Source: Candidatus Hydrogenedentota bacterium (GTDB lineage Bacteria > Hydrogenedentota > Hydrogenedentia > Hydrogenedentales > SLHB01). From it: 64,000 nucleotides of DNA. Below, piece by piece: positions 1 to 10,541 of this stretch (positions within the stretch are counted from its first letter, which is position 1; every line of letters begins with the position of its first letter). Made by a program: the position numbers and the translations under genes. Where the stretch lies: assembly GCA_963745075.1 (NCBI GenBank), contig CAVUWV010000001.1, forward strand, positions 224,001 to 288,000, given 5' to 3'. The notes beneath the pieces were generated by a model. The model worked only from the letters and a program-made list of their open reading frames with translations, did not search any database and was not told the DNA's origin.

Positions 1-113
1 GGACCGCCTACCTCGGTATGCTATGGTGATTCGCGTGTTTGTACCGGAATTGGCGCATTGAGGGAAGGACCAGCAGCAACTTCGGGATGCGATCGGGTAT
101 TTGAAACGGGAAA

Positions 114-2127
114 ATGCGGGGGAGAAGAAAAATGGAATGTTTGGGAGCCGGGCCGAGACGATCGATGTTTATCGGTTTCGTGGCTTTCGTCATATACCTT
201 GGCACCGCAGCTGCAGTTGCGCAAGATCGCCTCGCGCCGAAGCCGATGTCTAGCCATCCCGGTAACGTCTACGTGGTGGGGGAAGAGGTGACGGTTGCAG
301 CACCGGAGCAATTGGATTCTGCCGCGGTGGCTTGGCGTGCGGTCGATGATGCAGGGCAGGAGATCGCGCACGGCGCGCTGGACCAGGACATTGCGTTGGG
401 GACACTGGGTATCGGCTGGTACGAGGTCGCGTTTCTAGACGCCGACGATCGAACCGTGGCCCGCACGACGGCGGCCGTGCTCGCGCCTTGGCACGGTCCC
501 ATCCCCGAGGATTCTCCGGTTTGTTTGGATGCGGCAGTTTCGTGGTTCGCGACGGACGATCCCGCGACGCAAGAGGCGTACGCTTCGCTGGCGGCGTTAG
601 CCGGGGCGAATTGGATACGCGACCGCCTCCGCTGGCGGGAAATCGAACCGGAACGGGGACAGTTCGCACCGCCCACACAGTATGACGAGGCCGCGCGCAT
701 CCAGCATACGCAGGGACTGAACGTGTTGCAGGTGTGGCACGATACGCCGAGGTGGGCGTTAAATCAGAATGAAGATAACGGCCGGTTCCCCCCCGACTTG
801 CGCGATGTTTACGAATTCTCGAAGACGGTCGCCCATCGGTTTGACGGCACGGTCCAGGCGTGGGAACCTTGGAACGAAGCGAACTCCGGGAACTTCGGAG
901 GTCAAACCATCGACGAAATGTGCGCCAGCCAGAAGGCGGCCTATCTCGGATTCAAGGCGGGGAATCCGGAGCTAACGGTGTGCTGGCAACCCATCGGCGG
1001 CGTCAATCCCGCGAGTATGGTCGATGGAATCCTGGCCAACGAAACATGGCCCTACTACGAAGTGTATTCGATCCACTCCTATGACTGGCCCGACTCCTAC
1101 GACCGGCTTTGGGAACCGGCCCGGCGGGCCGCGTCGGGGCGGCCCATCTGGGTTACCGAGTGCGACCGAGGCATGCGGCCCGATCCTGACTCGAAGTGGG
1201 GCGATTTCACCCAGGAAGACGCGATTAAGAAGGCGGCGTTCATGGCGCAATCGTATGCGACCAGCCTGTTCTCGGGCTCGAGCCGGCACTTCCATTTCAT
1301 TCTTGGTTTCTACATGGAGCAAAAGGGGGCCGTTCAATTCAGCCTGTTGCGCAAGGACCTGACCCCCCGGCCGAGCTACGTGGCCCTCGCGGCACTGGGA
1401 CGATTCCTGGCGGGCGGGACCTGTCTGGGACGTTGGCCCATAGACGCGCAGCCGAACGCCCATGTCTACGCCTTTCGCGCGTCACCGGACGATGTACCGC
1501 GTGATGTGCTCGTCGCTTGGGTCGAGGTGCCCGGCGACTGGGATAAACGGGGCAACACGACACTCGAATGGGCATTGCCAACCGGCGTGTCGGTTTTGGA
1601 CGCGTACGACTATCTCGGCCGCCGTCTCGATGCCGGTGTCCCGAAGGAATTGCAGTCGCGCGCCGTGTTTGTTGTATTGCCTCGGAACGAAGCCGAGAAA
1701 CTGACCCTCGAACCGGCCCGGAAGAGTGCGCGTCGTGAAGGCGAACCTTCCAGTATCGTTCTGCAACTGGAAATGGCGAACCGCGTGGTCGTGGATAAGA
1801 CGCAGGGGTGGACACCTCAATTCGAGCGGGCGGTCCCGGCTGCCACGCCCACGGAGCTGCGGATTATCGCTTACAATTTCGGCCCCGAACCGCAGACCGG
1901 TACGCTCGCTTTCGAGAATGTGCCGGAAGGATTGGGAACTCGCGTCGCACGATTGGAACGTGACCCTGCCGCCGATGGAACGCATGATTCTGAAGACTAC
2001 CGTCACGATTGCCGAGCGGCCCCCGGATGGCGAGCCGGCGTGGGTCACGGTGCGCGGCGCCTTCGAGAATACGCCGTCTCCCGTCGCGTCGTTTCGGTTT
2101 TTCACGTTGCATGAGGAGAAGTCGTGA
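114..2127 (+). CDS. Secreted clan GH-A glycoside hydrolase (GH39/GH5-like), frameshift near 1930
   Basis: N-terminal hydrophobic signal; WEPWNEAN (acid/base) and IWVTEC (nucleophile) motifs. The C-terminus reads sensibly only in the frame ending at 2127 (WELASHDWNVTLPP...HEEKS). Start codon uncertain. Confidence 0.7.
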
Positions 2128-2221
2128 TTTACATGGAAATACTCCGCGAGCTACCCGTTACCGGGCCGGTTCTTCACGTCGTCCTTGACCTTCAATCCAA
2201 GCTTCGGTCTATACTTCGCCC

Positions 2222-3091
2222 ATGTCTGACGACGCACCAAAACTGACCGAGCGCCAGGAGCGCCGCATTACGCAATACCTTCGGGACGTGGGAGGGCAGC
2301 TTCAGGACATCCCGTCCCGCGACCGCGAATCCGCTCTTTCCACGCTGAACACGCGAATCGAGAAGGAGTTGAAGCGGTTCCCCAACGGCATTGCGGATAT
2401 CGACCTGGAAAACGTGTTGGGGATTCTTGGCAGCCCGGCGCGACAGGCCTCGCGTCTGGTCCCATCCGACACGTTTACGGCGCGCACGTTCGTGTCGTGG
2501 CCGGATCGGGTGTGGCTTGGCGTTTGCGCGGGAATCGCCCGGAAACTCGATATCGACGCCAATATCGTTCGCCTGATTGCTATTCTCATGGGACTGGTTT
2601 TGCCGCTGTTGCCCGTCTTGTTCCTGGTATACATCGGCATATTTCTTTGGGATTACTTCTCGGGCGAACGCCGCGGTATCGAACCCATCGAGCCGGTCAA
2701 ACTCGGAAAGACGCTCGCCATCACGCTGGGCGTAATTCTCGGTTTGCATTGGGGCGCGTGGTTCCTGCTCGTCTTCGTGGCTCGGGGATACCAGGAGATT
2801 GCCGCGCAACCGCTCATGCTCGAGCGGCGTTGGAGTTGGCTCATGCAGGACGCGGGGACGTGCTTGTTCTGGGTGTTGGTGCTCGCCCTGCCGGTGGCCG
2901 CCATCTCCGCCCTGCCCGTGCCCAAAGTCTGGGCCAACACCTTGCGCAAGACCGTTCACGCGGGACTCGCCGTCTATGCGATTTGGTTGTGTTACGGTAT
3001 CGCCAGCGTGATCGTCGGAATCATCCTCTCCAGCGTTGGACAATTCTCCGGAACCGCCGGAACGGACGCCATCTTTTCCCTGATCCGGTAA
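2222..3091 (+). CDS. PspC-domain membrane protein
   Basis: DRVWLGVCAGIARKLDIDANIVRL PspC motif, N-terminal helical domain, several TM segments. Confidence 0.75.
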   Translation: MSDDAPKLTERQERRITQYLRDVGGQLQDIPSRDRESALSTLNTRIEKELKRFPNGIADIDLENVLGILGSPARQASRLVPSDTFTARTFVSWPDRVWLGVCAGIARKLDIDANIVRLIAILMGLVLPLLPVLFLVYIGIFLWDYFSGERRGIEPIEPVKLGKTLAITLGVILGLHWGAWFLLVFVARGYQEIAAQPLMLERRWSWLMQDAGTCLFWVLVLALPVAAISALPVPKVWANTLRKTVHAGLAVYAIWLCYGIASVIVGIILSSVGQFSGTAGTDAIFSLIR

Positions 3092-3102
3092 GCGTCTGCG
3101 GA

Positions 3103-5148
3103 CTAAGCGTCCGGATGGCAGGACAGCACCCGCATCGATTTTTTCGCGACGACCATCGTATGCCCGGCCTGCATGCGGTGAGCTTCTTGGGCGGCGACGA
3201 TGTCGCGCGGAGGTGTGGCGGCCGTATCGATGCGCACGCGCCACGGCCGTTCCGGCACGGTGAATGGAATCGTTTTCATGGAAGGATTGAACATGAAATA
3301 GAGCCAGACGCCGCCGTTCTCCGTGCCGTTTATCATGCAGGCCAGGGACGGATCCTCCGGCGTCCACATCTGGGCAGTACCTTCGGCGTCAAACCATAGC
3401 AAGTCCACTTCGGCGCCCGGTTTGCTGGGTCGCCCCGTGAAATACGAACGCCGTGCAAACACGGGGTTTTCCCGGCGAAATTGAATCATTGCCTTGCAGA
3501 ACTCAAAAAGTTCGCGATTCGCATCCCGCAGCGACCAGTCTATCCAGGAAATGGCGTTGTCTTGGCAGTATGCGTTGTTGTTGCCCCCCTGCGTGCGGCC
3601 GAATTCGTCGCCCCCCAGGATCATGGGAACGCCGAGCGACAGGAACAGCGTCGCGAGAAAATTCTTCTGCATGCGAAGGCGCAACATGTTGACTTCCGGA
3701 TCGTCGGTCTCGCCTTCCTCGCCGCAATTCCAACTGTGGTTCTCGTCCTGGCCGTCGCGGTCCTTCTCTCCGTTCGCGTCATTGTGCTTTTGGTTGTAAG
3801 ACACCAAATCGCGCAGCGTGAATCCGTCGTGACACGTGACGAAGTTAATGCTATGCAGCGGCGTGCGGCCGTCGTCTCCGTACAAGTCGGGACTTCCAGT
3901 GAGCCGAAGCGCGAAGTTCCCCTTGATTGCCTTGTCCCCCCGCCAAAAGCGCCGGATGTCGTCCCGGTATGGACCGTTCCATTCGGACCATTCCTGACCG
4001 CCAAAAGCCCCCACGAGATAGCCCCCCCCAACGTCCCAAGGTTCGGCGATGAGCTTCACTTCCCGCAATACGGGGTCTTCGGACATATGTTCGACGAGGG
4101 GACCCGTGTACATCATATGTCCCGCGCGGTCCCGGCGAAGGATTGGCGCGAGATCGAAGCGAAACCCGTCGACCCCCATTCGCGTGACCCAATAGCGCAA
4201 GCTGTCCAGGATGAAATCCCGCACGATAGGGTGATTGCAGTTGAACGTATTGCCGCAACCCGTGAGATCGCGGTAGCGGCCCCGGTCGTCGAGCAAGTAG
4301 TAAATGCTGTTGTCGATCCCTTGAAAACTCTGCGCCGGTTCCGGCCCGTCTTTCTCGGAGGTGTGGTTATAGACCACATCGAGGATTACCTCGATTCCCG
4401 CGTCATGGAGCGCGTCGACCATCGCCCGAAACTCGGTAACAACACTCGGTGCGGACAGGTCCGTTGCGTAACGCGGGTTCGGCGCAAAAAATCCGATGGT
4501 GCTGTAACCCCAGTAATTCGTGAGCGACGTGTCGGTTTCGGGACTTTTCCGGGGGAGCGAGTTCTCTCCGCATGCCTGCACCGGCAACAACTCGACGGCC
4601 GTAACGCCCAGTTCCTTCAGGTGGGGGATCTTGTCGATGAGGTCTCGGTACGTCCCGCCATGCACCGCTCCGTCAGATTCGTGTGCCGTAAACCCGCGCA
4701 CATGGGTCTCGTAGATTATCGTCTGGCTCATGGGGATGCGCGGACGGGCATTGGTGCTCCACCCCGATTCGGGTTCCATGACAACGCACTTGGCGCCAGC
4801 GTGGGCCGGATGCTCCGTATACCCTCGGGCATACGGGTCCAGCAGCGAAGACTTCGGGTCGAACCGGTGACCGCGGATGCGCCGGCGTGGCCCATCCATT
4901 CGGTACGTGTACAACGTTCCCACGGACAGGCCTTCGACGAAGACGCTCCAAACGTCTCCAACACGGTGTTCTTTGCGATCCAATGCAATTTCGTGGGACG
5001 GGCTATCGGCCGCGGCGTCGTCGTAAAACGTCAACCATACCCGCGTGGCATTTCGACTCACAATGGAAAACTGTACACCGTTGCTATCAGGCGTGGCGCC
5101 CAGCGGGCAACCTCTTCCGGGCCGTACCGTGAGTTCAGACCATTTCAT
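3103..5148 (-). CDS. glgX: Glycogen debranching enzyme (isoamylase, GH13)
   Basis: PLGAT, IYETHVRGFT, NYWGYST, DVVYNHT, DGFRFDLA, IAEPWD, INFVTCHDGFTL motifs. Confidence 0.95.
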   Translation of the reverse strand: MKWSELTVRPGRGCPLGATPDSNGVQFSIVSRNATRVWLTFYDDAAADSPSHEIALDRKEHRVGDVWSVFVEGLSVGTLYTYRMDGPRRRIRGHRFDPKSSLLDPYARGYTEHPAHAGAKCVVMEPESGWSTNARPRIPMSQTIIYETHVRGFTAHESDGAVHGGTYRDLIDKIPHLKELGVTAVELLPVQACGENSLPRKSPETDTSLTNYWGYSTIGFFAPNPRYATDLSAPSVVTEFRAMVDALHDAGIEVILDVVYNHTSEKDGPEPAQSFQGIDNSIYYLLDDRGRYRDLTGCGNTFNCNHPIVRDFILDSLRYWVTRMGVDGFRFDLAPILRRDRAGHMMYTGPLVEHMSEDPVLREVKLIAEPWDVGGGYLVGAFGGQEWSEWNGPYRDDIRRFWRGDKAIKGNFALRLTGSPDLYGDDGRTPLHSINFVTCHDGFTLRDLVSYNQKHNDANGEKDRDGQDENHSWNCGEEGETDDPEVNMLRLRMQKNFLATLFLSLGVPMILGGDEFGRTQGGNNNAYCQDNAISWIDWSLRDANRELFEFCKAMIQFRRENPVFARRSYFTGRPSKPGAEVDLLWFDAEGTAQMWTPEDPSLACMINGTENGGVWLYFMFNPSMKTIPFTVPERPWRVRIDTAATPPRDIVAAQEAHRMQAGHTMVVAKKSMRVLSCHPDA

Positions 5149-6195
5149 TCACACCGTTCTTTCTACATAATCTTCACTATCGCCTCGGGCGGTCCCACGG
5201 GCAGTCGGCTCCGATTGCCGTCCCAATCGACCCCCGCGCATTTTACCCAGTATACCCAACATCATGTCGAGATTCTGAATTGCACTCTGCGGGGACGTTG
5301 GCGCGATGCCAATTCCGAAGTCACGGACGATCGCGCACAACAGGTCTTCCCGTTCGACCGCACCGGCCGGGGTAACGAGTTTGGACCGGTAGACACCGTC
5401 TTCCGGCGTGTAGCCCTCAACACGGGTTTCCCAACCGTTCAGGACACATCGGCGGACGTGTCCCGGCGGTTCTACAGAATTGCGCGTGATTATGGTGCAC
5501 TCGACAACCTGGTCCGACACGTCGCGAACCCGAAAACGGGCGGTGGCTTCGTAGCCCGCGAATTGGACCGCTAAACTGGACCAGTCCACCGCGCAACCGG
5601 GCACCAGTTCCAACAACATGCTAAGCGGATGAGGGGAGAGGTCGAGCCATATCCGCCCGGGATCGGGAACCCGGCCGCGTGCCGGGGATTCCAGGTGGCC
5701 CTCGAATGTGCGCAATGATTCGTTCGGCGCCGACTTGCGCCAGAGATCTGCAAACCAGCGCGCGCCCACACTGTACTGCGTGCACACGCCGAGGCACAGA
5801 TCCGATCGAGCGGCACGATTCATCAAGGCGTTGGCTTCGGCAAGCAGTTCGTCGTGACGGCGGGTCGCATCGAACACGAAAGGCTTTTCGCACAGGACGT
5901 GCGCGCCCGCGTCAAGGGCTGCCCGGCAATGGCTCGCATGCAATTCGGGTGGCGAACAGACATCGACGATATCCGGATTCAGCTCCGCAAGCATCGAAGT
6001 GATGTCGGTATAGCCGCGGCCCTGGAATCCGAAGAGATCGCGGAGAGCCGCGCCGGTCTTACGGACCGTGGCGGAAGAAGATCCGGCAAAGGCGCAAACG
6101 TCCGCACCGTTCAACGCCCACCACTTCGCATGATGCTTCCCGATGCCGCTGGCTCCCACCACGGCCACCCGCGTTTTCCCGGGGCCTACCACCAC
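5149..6195 (-). CDS. Gfo/Idh/MocA family oxidoreductase
   Basis: VAVVGASGIG Rossmann motif; HVLCEKP motif. Confidence 0.85.
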   Translation of the reverse strand: MVVGPGKTRVAVVGASGIGKHHAKWWALNGADVCAFAGSSSATVRKTGAALRDLFGFQGRGYTDITSMLAELNPDIVDVCSPPELHASHCRAALDAGAHVLCEKPFVFDATRRHDELLAEANALMNRAARSDLCLGVCTQYSVGARWFADLWRKSAPNESLRTFEGHLESPARGRVPDPGRIWLDLSPHPLSMLLELVPGCAVDWSSLAVQFAGYEATARFRVRDVSDQVVECTIITRNSVEPPGHVRRCVLNGWETRVEGYTPEDGVYRSKLVTPAGAVEREDLLCAIVRDFGIGIAPTSPQSAIQNLDMMLGILGKMRGGRLGRQSEPTARGTARGDSEDYVERTV

Positions 6196-7160
6196 TCGTC
6201 ATCCTCCTCGTCCCGTCGAAGTTCTTCCTCGTCCCACGGGGTGAGTTCCCAATCCTCTTCGTCTGTGAGGGCGTCCTCCTTCTCCTCATCCTCTTCCCAC
6301 TGTTGGAGGGTTGCCCGCCCTTTCCGCCGTTTTCGCACGTAGGCCATGATGGTGAGGATCGCCATGATCTGGAATACCGAGAATCCTGACACAAGAGAAA
6401 AGATCAGGGCAACTTTCCAGAGCGACCGAACCCACGCATTGTAGAAGTCCAGGGGCGAGATCGACGCCTCGGCCCGGAGCGCGTCGCCGAACGTTTCGGT
6501 CTTCGTGGCATAAACGACCCGCCAGAATGCGTCGTCACCCAATTCGTTCATCAGGAACCGGGTCATCGATAAAGCTTGGGCGTACGCGTCGCCGAATTCG
6601 GTCTCCTTGCCCGGCTCCAGGAACACGAAGAACATGTCGCGGTAGGGGATGAGCCGCCCCTGCACGTACATCTCACCGACTCTGAGGCTGCTGCCGATCC
6701 GATGCTCGCCGGACACGACCATGGCGATGCCTTCGTTCAGCCAGCGGGGAAGGTTGCCGCTGCCCGAGTTGCGCGCGAGGAGCACATGAATCAACTCATG
6801 GCGCAACGTGCCCTTGTAGTCTGCGCCACCCTCGACGAGGTTCGGTGTCTTTACAACAATGACGCCCTTTTCGGGGAGGGCGATTCCGGTCACGGAGGTC
6901 TGGCTTAGGCTGCCGGCATACCGCGCGAATTCGCCGTGCGTCTCGCAGATGACGACCTGGATCGGCGCATCCCCCGCGGGCAAACGGTCCCGGAAATCGC
7001 TCAGGCTCGTTTGGAGAACACTCAGGCTCGCTTCGGCGAGTTTACGGCGATCCTGCGGGTAGACCACGTGAAACGGCGCCGCGTCGATTACGTCTGCAAA
7101 CGCCGCAAGACACACGAGGACAGCCGGCAGCACGAGGGCGACTACGCGGTGAAAGCGCAT
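6186..7160 (-). CDS. Membrane-anchored gluzincin (peptidase MA-like) metallopeptidase
   Basis: Signal peptide, HELIH plus WLNEGIA zinc-binding motifs, C-terminal TM helix and acidic tail. Confidence 0.75.
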   Translation of the reverse strand: MRFHRVVALVLPAVLVCLAAFADVIDAAPFHVVYPQDRRKLAEASLSVLQTSLSDFRDRLPAGDAPIQVVICETHGEFARYAGSLSQTSVTGIALPEKGVIVVKTPNLVEGGADYKGTLRHELIHVLLARNSGSGNLPRWLNEGIAMVVSGEHRIGSSLRVGEMYVQGRLIPYRDMFFVFLEPGKETEFGDAYAQALSMTRFLMNELGDDAFWRVVYATKTETFGDALRAEASISPLDFYNAWVRSLWKVALIFSLVSGFSVFQIMAILTIMAYVRKRRKGRATLQQWEEDEEKEDALTDEEDWELTPWDEEELRRDEEDDEWW

Positions 7161-10100
7161 CAGGCTGTGCCGTCGCCCGTCGTGTCCGTGACGAGCCTGG
7201 AACGGAGTTCCTCCAGGGTCGTATGGACCGGTGACTCGGAGATGTCCACTTCGCGCATCCAGTCCTCCGATGAGTCATCCAGGTACAGCAGGATACCGCG
7301 TGCGGGCGACGCGCCCCGCAACTGTCGTATCGCCGCTGCGTACAACTGGAGTTGCCGCTCGTACCGTGCGTGTTTTTCCAGCGTGTAGTGGCCCGTCTTG
7401 TAGTCGACGATGACCGCGTCATCGAGCAGCAGGTCGATGGTTCCTTTCACAAGTCGGTCGCCGATTCGGAGTGCAAAGGGGGTTTCTTTGCGAACCGATT
7501 TGCCCTTGTCGATCATGTTGCCCAGGTTTGATTTGCGGATGCGATCTGCAAGCGCGCCAAGTTCCCGATCGAGCGTGTTGCGCATCTCCCGTAACGGGCA
7601 TTCCGCGAGAAGAAATTCGCGGATCGTCTCGGAGGGCTCTGAGCGTAGATCCCAGAATTCCAGGAACCGGTGAATTAAGGTGCCGCGTAACGCGGGATCC
7701 CTTCCGTCAGGCACAAACGACGGCGCCCGATTCGGCTCGAACTCGCCCTCGCGCTCGTCGAAAGCGTGCAGAGCCACGGTGACGGCAACCGATCGGCGTG
7801 GCGTTTCGGCGGGAGCAATTGCAGCCGTGCGCTGTCCGATGATGGCGCGATCCGGCGCGTCACTATCAGCTTCGGTGTCGGAAGGCGAAGGAACGCTCCC
7901 CGGCTTGCGGCGTACCCGGACGCGCCATCCGTCGCCCGCTATCTCTGCTCCGTTTTGCCGGTCGTACAAGCTGTAGACGTCGTTGAACGCGCATAGCCAC
8001 TGCGTTTCCTTCGTCGCATTGGGTGGACCGCACAATAGCAGATAGTCCCGCGCACGGGTCATCGCGACGTACAACACCCGCGCTTGTTCTGCGAGTTCTT
8101 CGGTATTGCGCGTTTGCGAGATAGCCTGGAACACCGGTGGCGTAGCGCGGTCGCCAGAGTCGTCCGTTACCTTGACGGCAACGCCCATCGTCCGGTGATG
8201 GGCGAGCGACGTGCGGTTACTCCCTTGCACCGCGCGGCCCATATCCGCCACAGCGACGATAGGGAATTCCAGTCCTTTGGATTTGTGGACCGTCATCACG
8301 GTCACCACATTGCCCGCGTCCGCTCCCGATTCCGCTTCGCCTTCGCGAATCGCCGTGGTTGCAACGTCGGTCAGATACCGTACGAACGAACTGAGCGTTG
8401 CGTTTTGGGTGCGCGCAAATGAGGCGGCAAGGTCCGCGACCTTTCGCAGATTCATCGCGCGTTGTACGCCGAGGAATTGTCCCAGCACGACGGCTTCGAG
8501 TGCGGTTCGGTCCAACACGACGTGAATGTAGGCGCCCAATGGCATGTCGCGGAACGCGCGTAATTCCGCGAAAAGTCCGCGACCGCGCGTCAGCCGTTCG
8601 TTCTGCGCCGGATCGGAAATCGAAATGTCGCCATAAAACGCCGCGGCGAGCCCCTCGGTGCGCCGGGGAAACCCGCTCAGTTCCACGAGGGCGTCGTCCG
8701 AGAGGCCGATGATTGGGCTTCGCAGGACCGCCAGTAAGGCCATCTCATTCCAGGGATCGACCAGCACGGAAAGAAGATTTCGAAGATCGACTACCTCTTG
8801 GCGTTCGTAGAATCCGACACCGGCAACAACCGAGTACGGTACCCCGGCTTCTCGCAACGCGCGCTCGTAACGGTACACGTCGCTGAACGATCGCAAGAGA
8901 ATGGCCACGTCGCCAAATTCAGCGTCACGACGGCGGTTCTGCGGGGGATCGTAGACTTGCGTCGGCGTCGGTCCCGCGCACATTTCGAGGAGCCGCGTCG
9001 CCAGCAGTTTGGCTTCCGCGTCGCGATAGTCCGGGGCCCTCGCTTCATCGACGGTCTCGGGGATGAGAAACTCGACGTGACAGTCTCCTTGCGCTTCGCG
9101 GTGCCAGTCCATCGGCCCGTAGGGGTCCTCCACCGCGTAAGAGGAGCCTCGACTTTGTAAAGAAGTCATTCACAAACGTGAGAACATCCGGGAGTGACCG
9201 GAAGTTCTTGTCCATGCGAACCACCTCGTCCGCAGATTCCCGGGCGGACCGGAACACGTCCACTTCGGCGCCCCGGAAATAGTAAATGGACTGCTTGGCA
9301 TCGCCCACGATGAAGAGTTGCGGACCGCCCGGGACACCGGACAGCAGCCGCGCAATTTCAAGTTGCACCGAATCGGTGTCCTGGAACTCGTCGATAAGCA
9401 GGTATTTGATCGATCGCGCCACGCGCGCGCGAACGGAGCCGTCGCCTCGTTCGTCATCACGCAACACCTGAAGCGTTTGCGCGATGAGGTCTTCGAAATC
9501 GTATGCGTTGCGGCGCTGCTTGGCTTCGTCAAGGTTTTCGACCGTGCGTCGATAGACCGTAAGCAGATCGACAGTCAGTTCCGCCGCGCGCGTCAAAAGT
9601 CCCGGATCGACCATGGCAATTTGACGCTTGGCGATTGCGTCTTTTGTCGATTTCAGTAGGTCCCGGACCGAGTCGAAGGCGTCGTGGGATGCCCACTTCT
9701 TTTTGCTGCCTCCAAGGGCATTCAATGCGGAGATGCCGCCCAACGCGCAAACGCGTTCGTGGTTGTCTTGCGCCTGAATGGCCCGTTCCATTTCGCTGAG
9801 CAGCGCGCGACGCATCACTTCGCGCTTGTCGTCGGGATCGGCGCATTGACCCGCCAGCTCAACCAGTTCGCGGACCGCGTTCACGAATAGCGGCGAACTG
9901 ACAAGTTCAGCGTTTTGACGTTCCACGTGCGCATCGACGACGCGGGACCAATCGTTGAGCAACGCGTGCGGTTCGGAAACGTCGTGATTCTCGGCAATCC
10001 GTGCGATCGCGCCGCGATCGCTCAGCATCGCGCGAAGCACATCGACGAGTTCGGCGCGCCGGAACTCGATTGCCAGGCGGAAAGCGGAGGCGTCATCCGA

Positions 10101-10541
10101 CTCCAGCAGTTCGTGCAGGGTCAGTTCAATCACCTCGACCCGCAACAGGAAGGACTCCGGTTCCGTGAGAATACCGAACTCCGGATCCTTCCCTAAGCTC
10201 AGCGCGTGCTCTTTGAGAAGCCCCATGCAAAACGCGTGGATGGTCGAAATCCGCGCGGACTCCAGTCGCCGTTCGATGTGCCGCCAGAAGTTCAGTAGTT
10301 GCGGGTCGTCCTCGGGAGCTTTCTTCCTGCACTCGGATCGCAGGCGTTCCTTCATTTCGGCCGCGGCTTTGTCGGTAAACGTGATGGCCACGATTTGATC
10401 GAGTGTGGCGTGACGTTGTTCGAGCAAATACAGGATGCGCTCGACCAGTACGCTGGTCTTGCCGGAACCCGCTCCGGCGTCCACGCACAGGCTCTTGTCG
10501 TAGGTTTCGATGGCGGTGCGTTGTTCGTCGGTGCGGGTCAT
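7160..10541 (-). CDS. addA: AddA-type UvrD helicase-nuclease, split by +1 frameshift near 9140
   Basis: AGAGSGKT, ITFTDKAA, IDEFQD, VGDAKQSIYYFRGA in 9045..10541. TVHKSKGLEF, LYVAMTRA and nuclease GTIDL..DYKTG..QLQLY in 7160..9169. Removing one T gives continuous ...KSRLLYAVEDPY... Confidence 0.9.

Noticed and set aside
3481..5574. 697-aa + strand ORF and other long antisense ORFs (e.g. 43316..45217, 25988..27439, 13654..14907, 35966..37243)
   Set aside because: Shadow ORFs opposite well-supported genes, expected at high GC, with no recognisable motifs.
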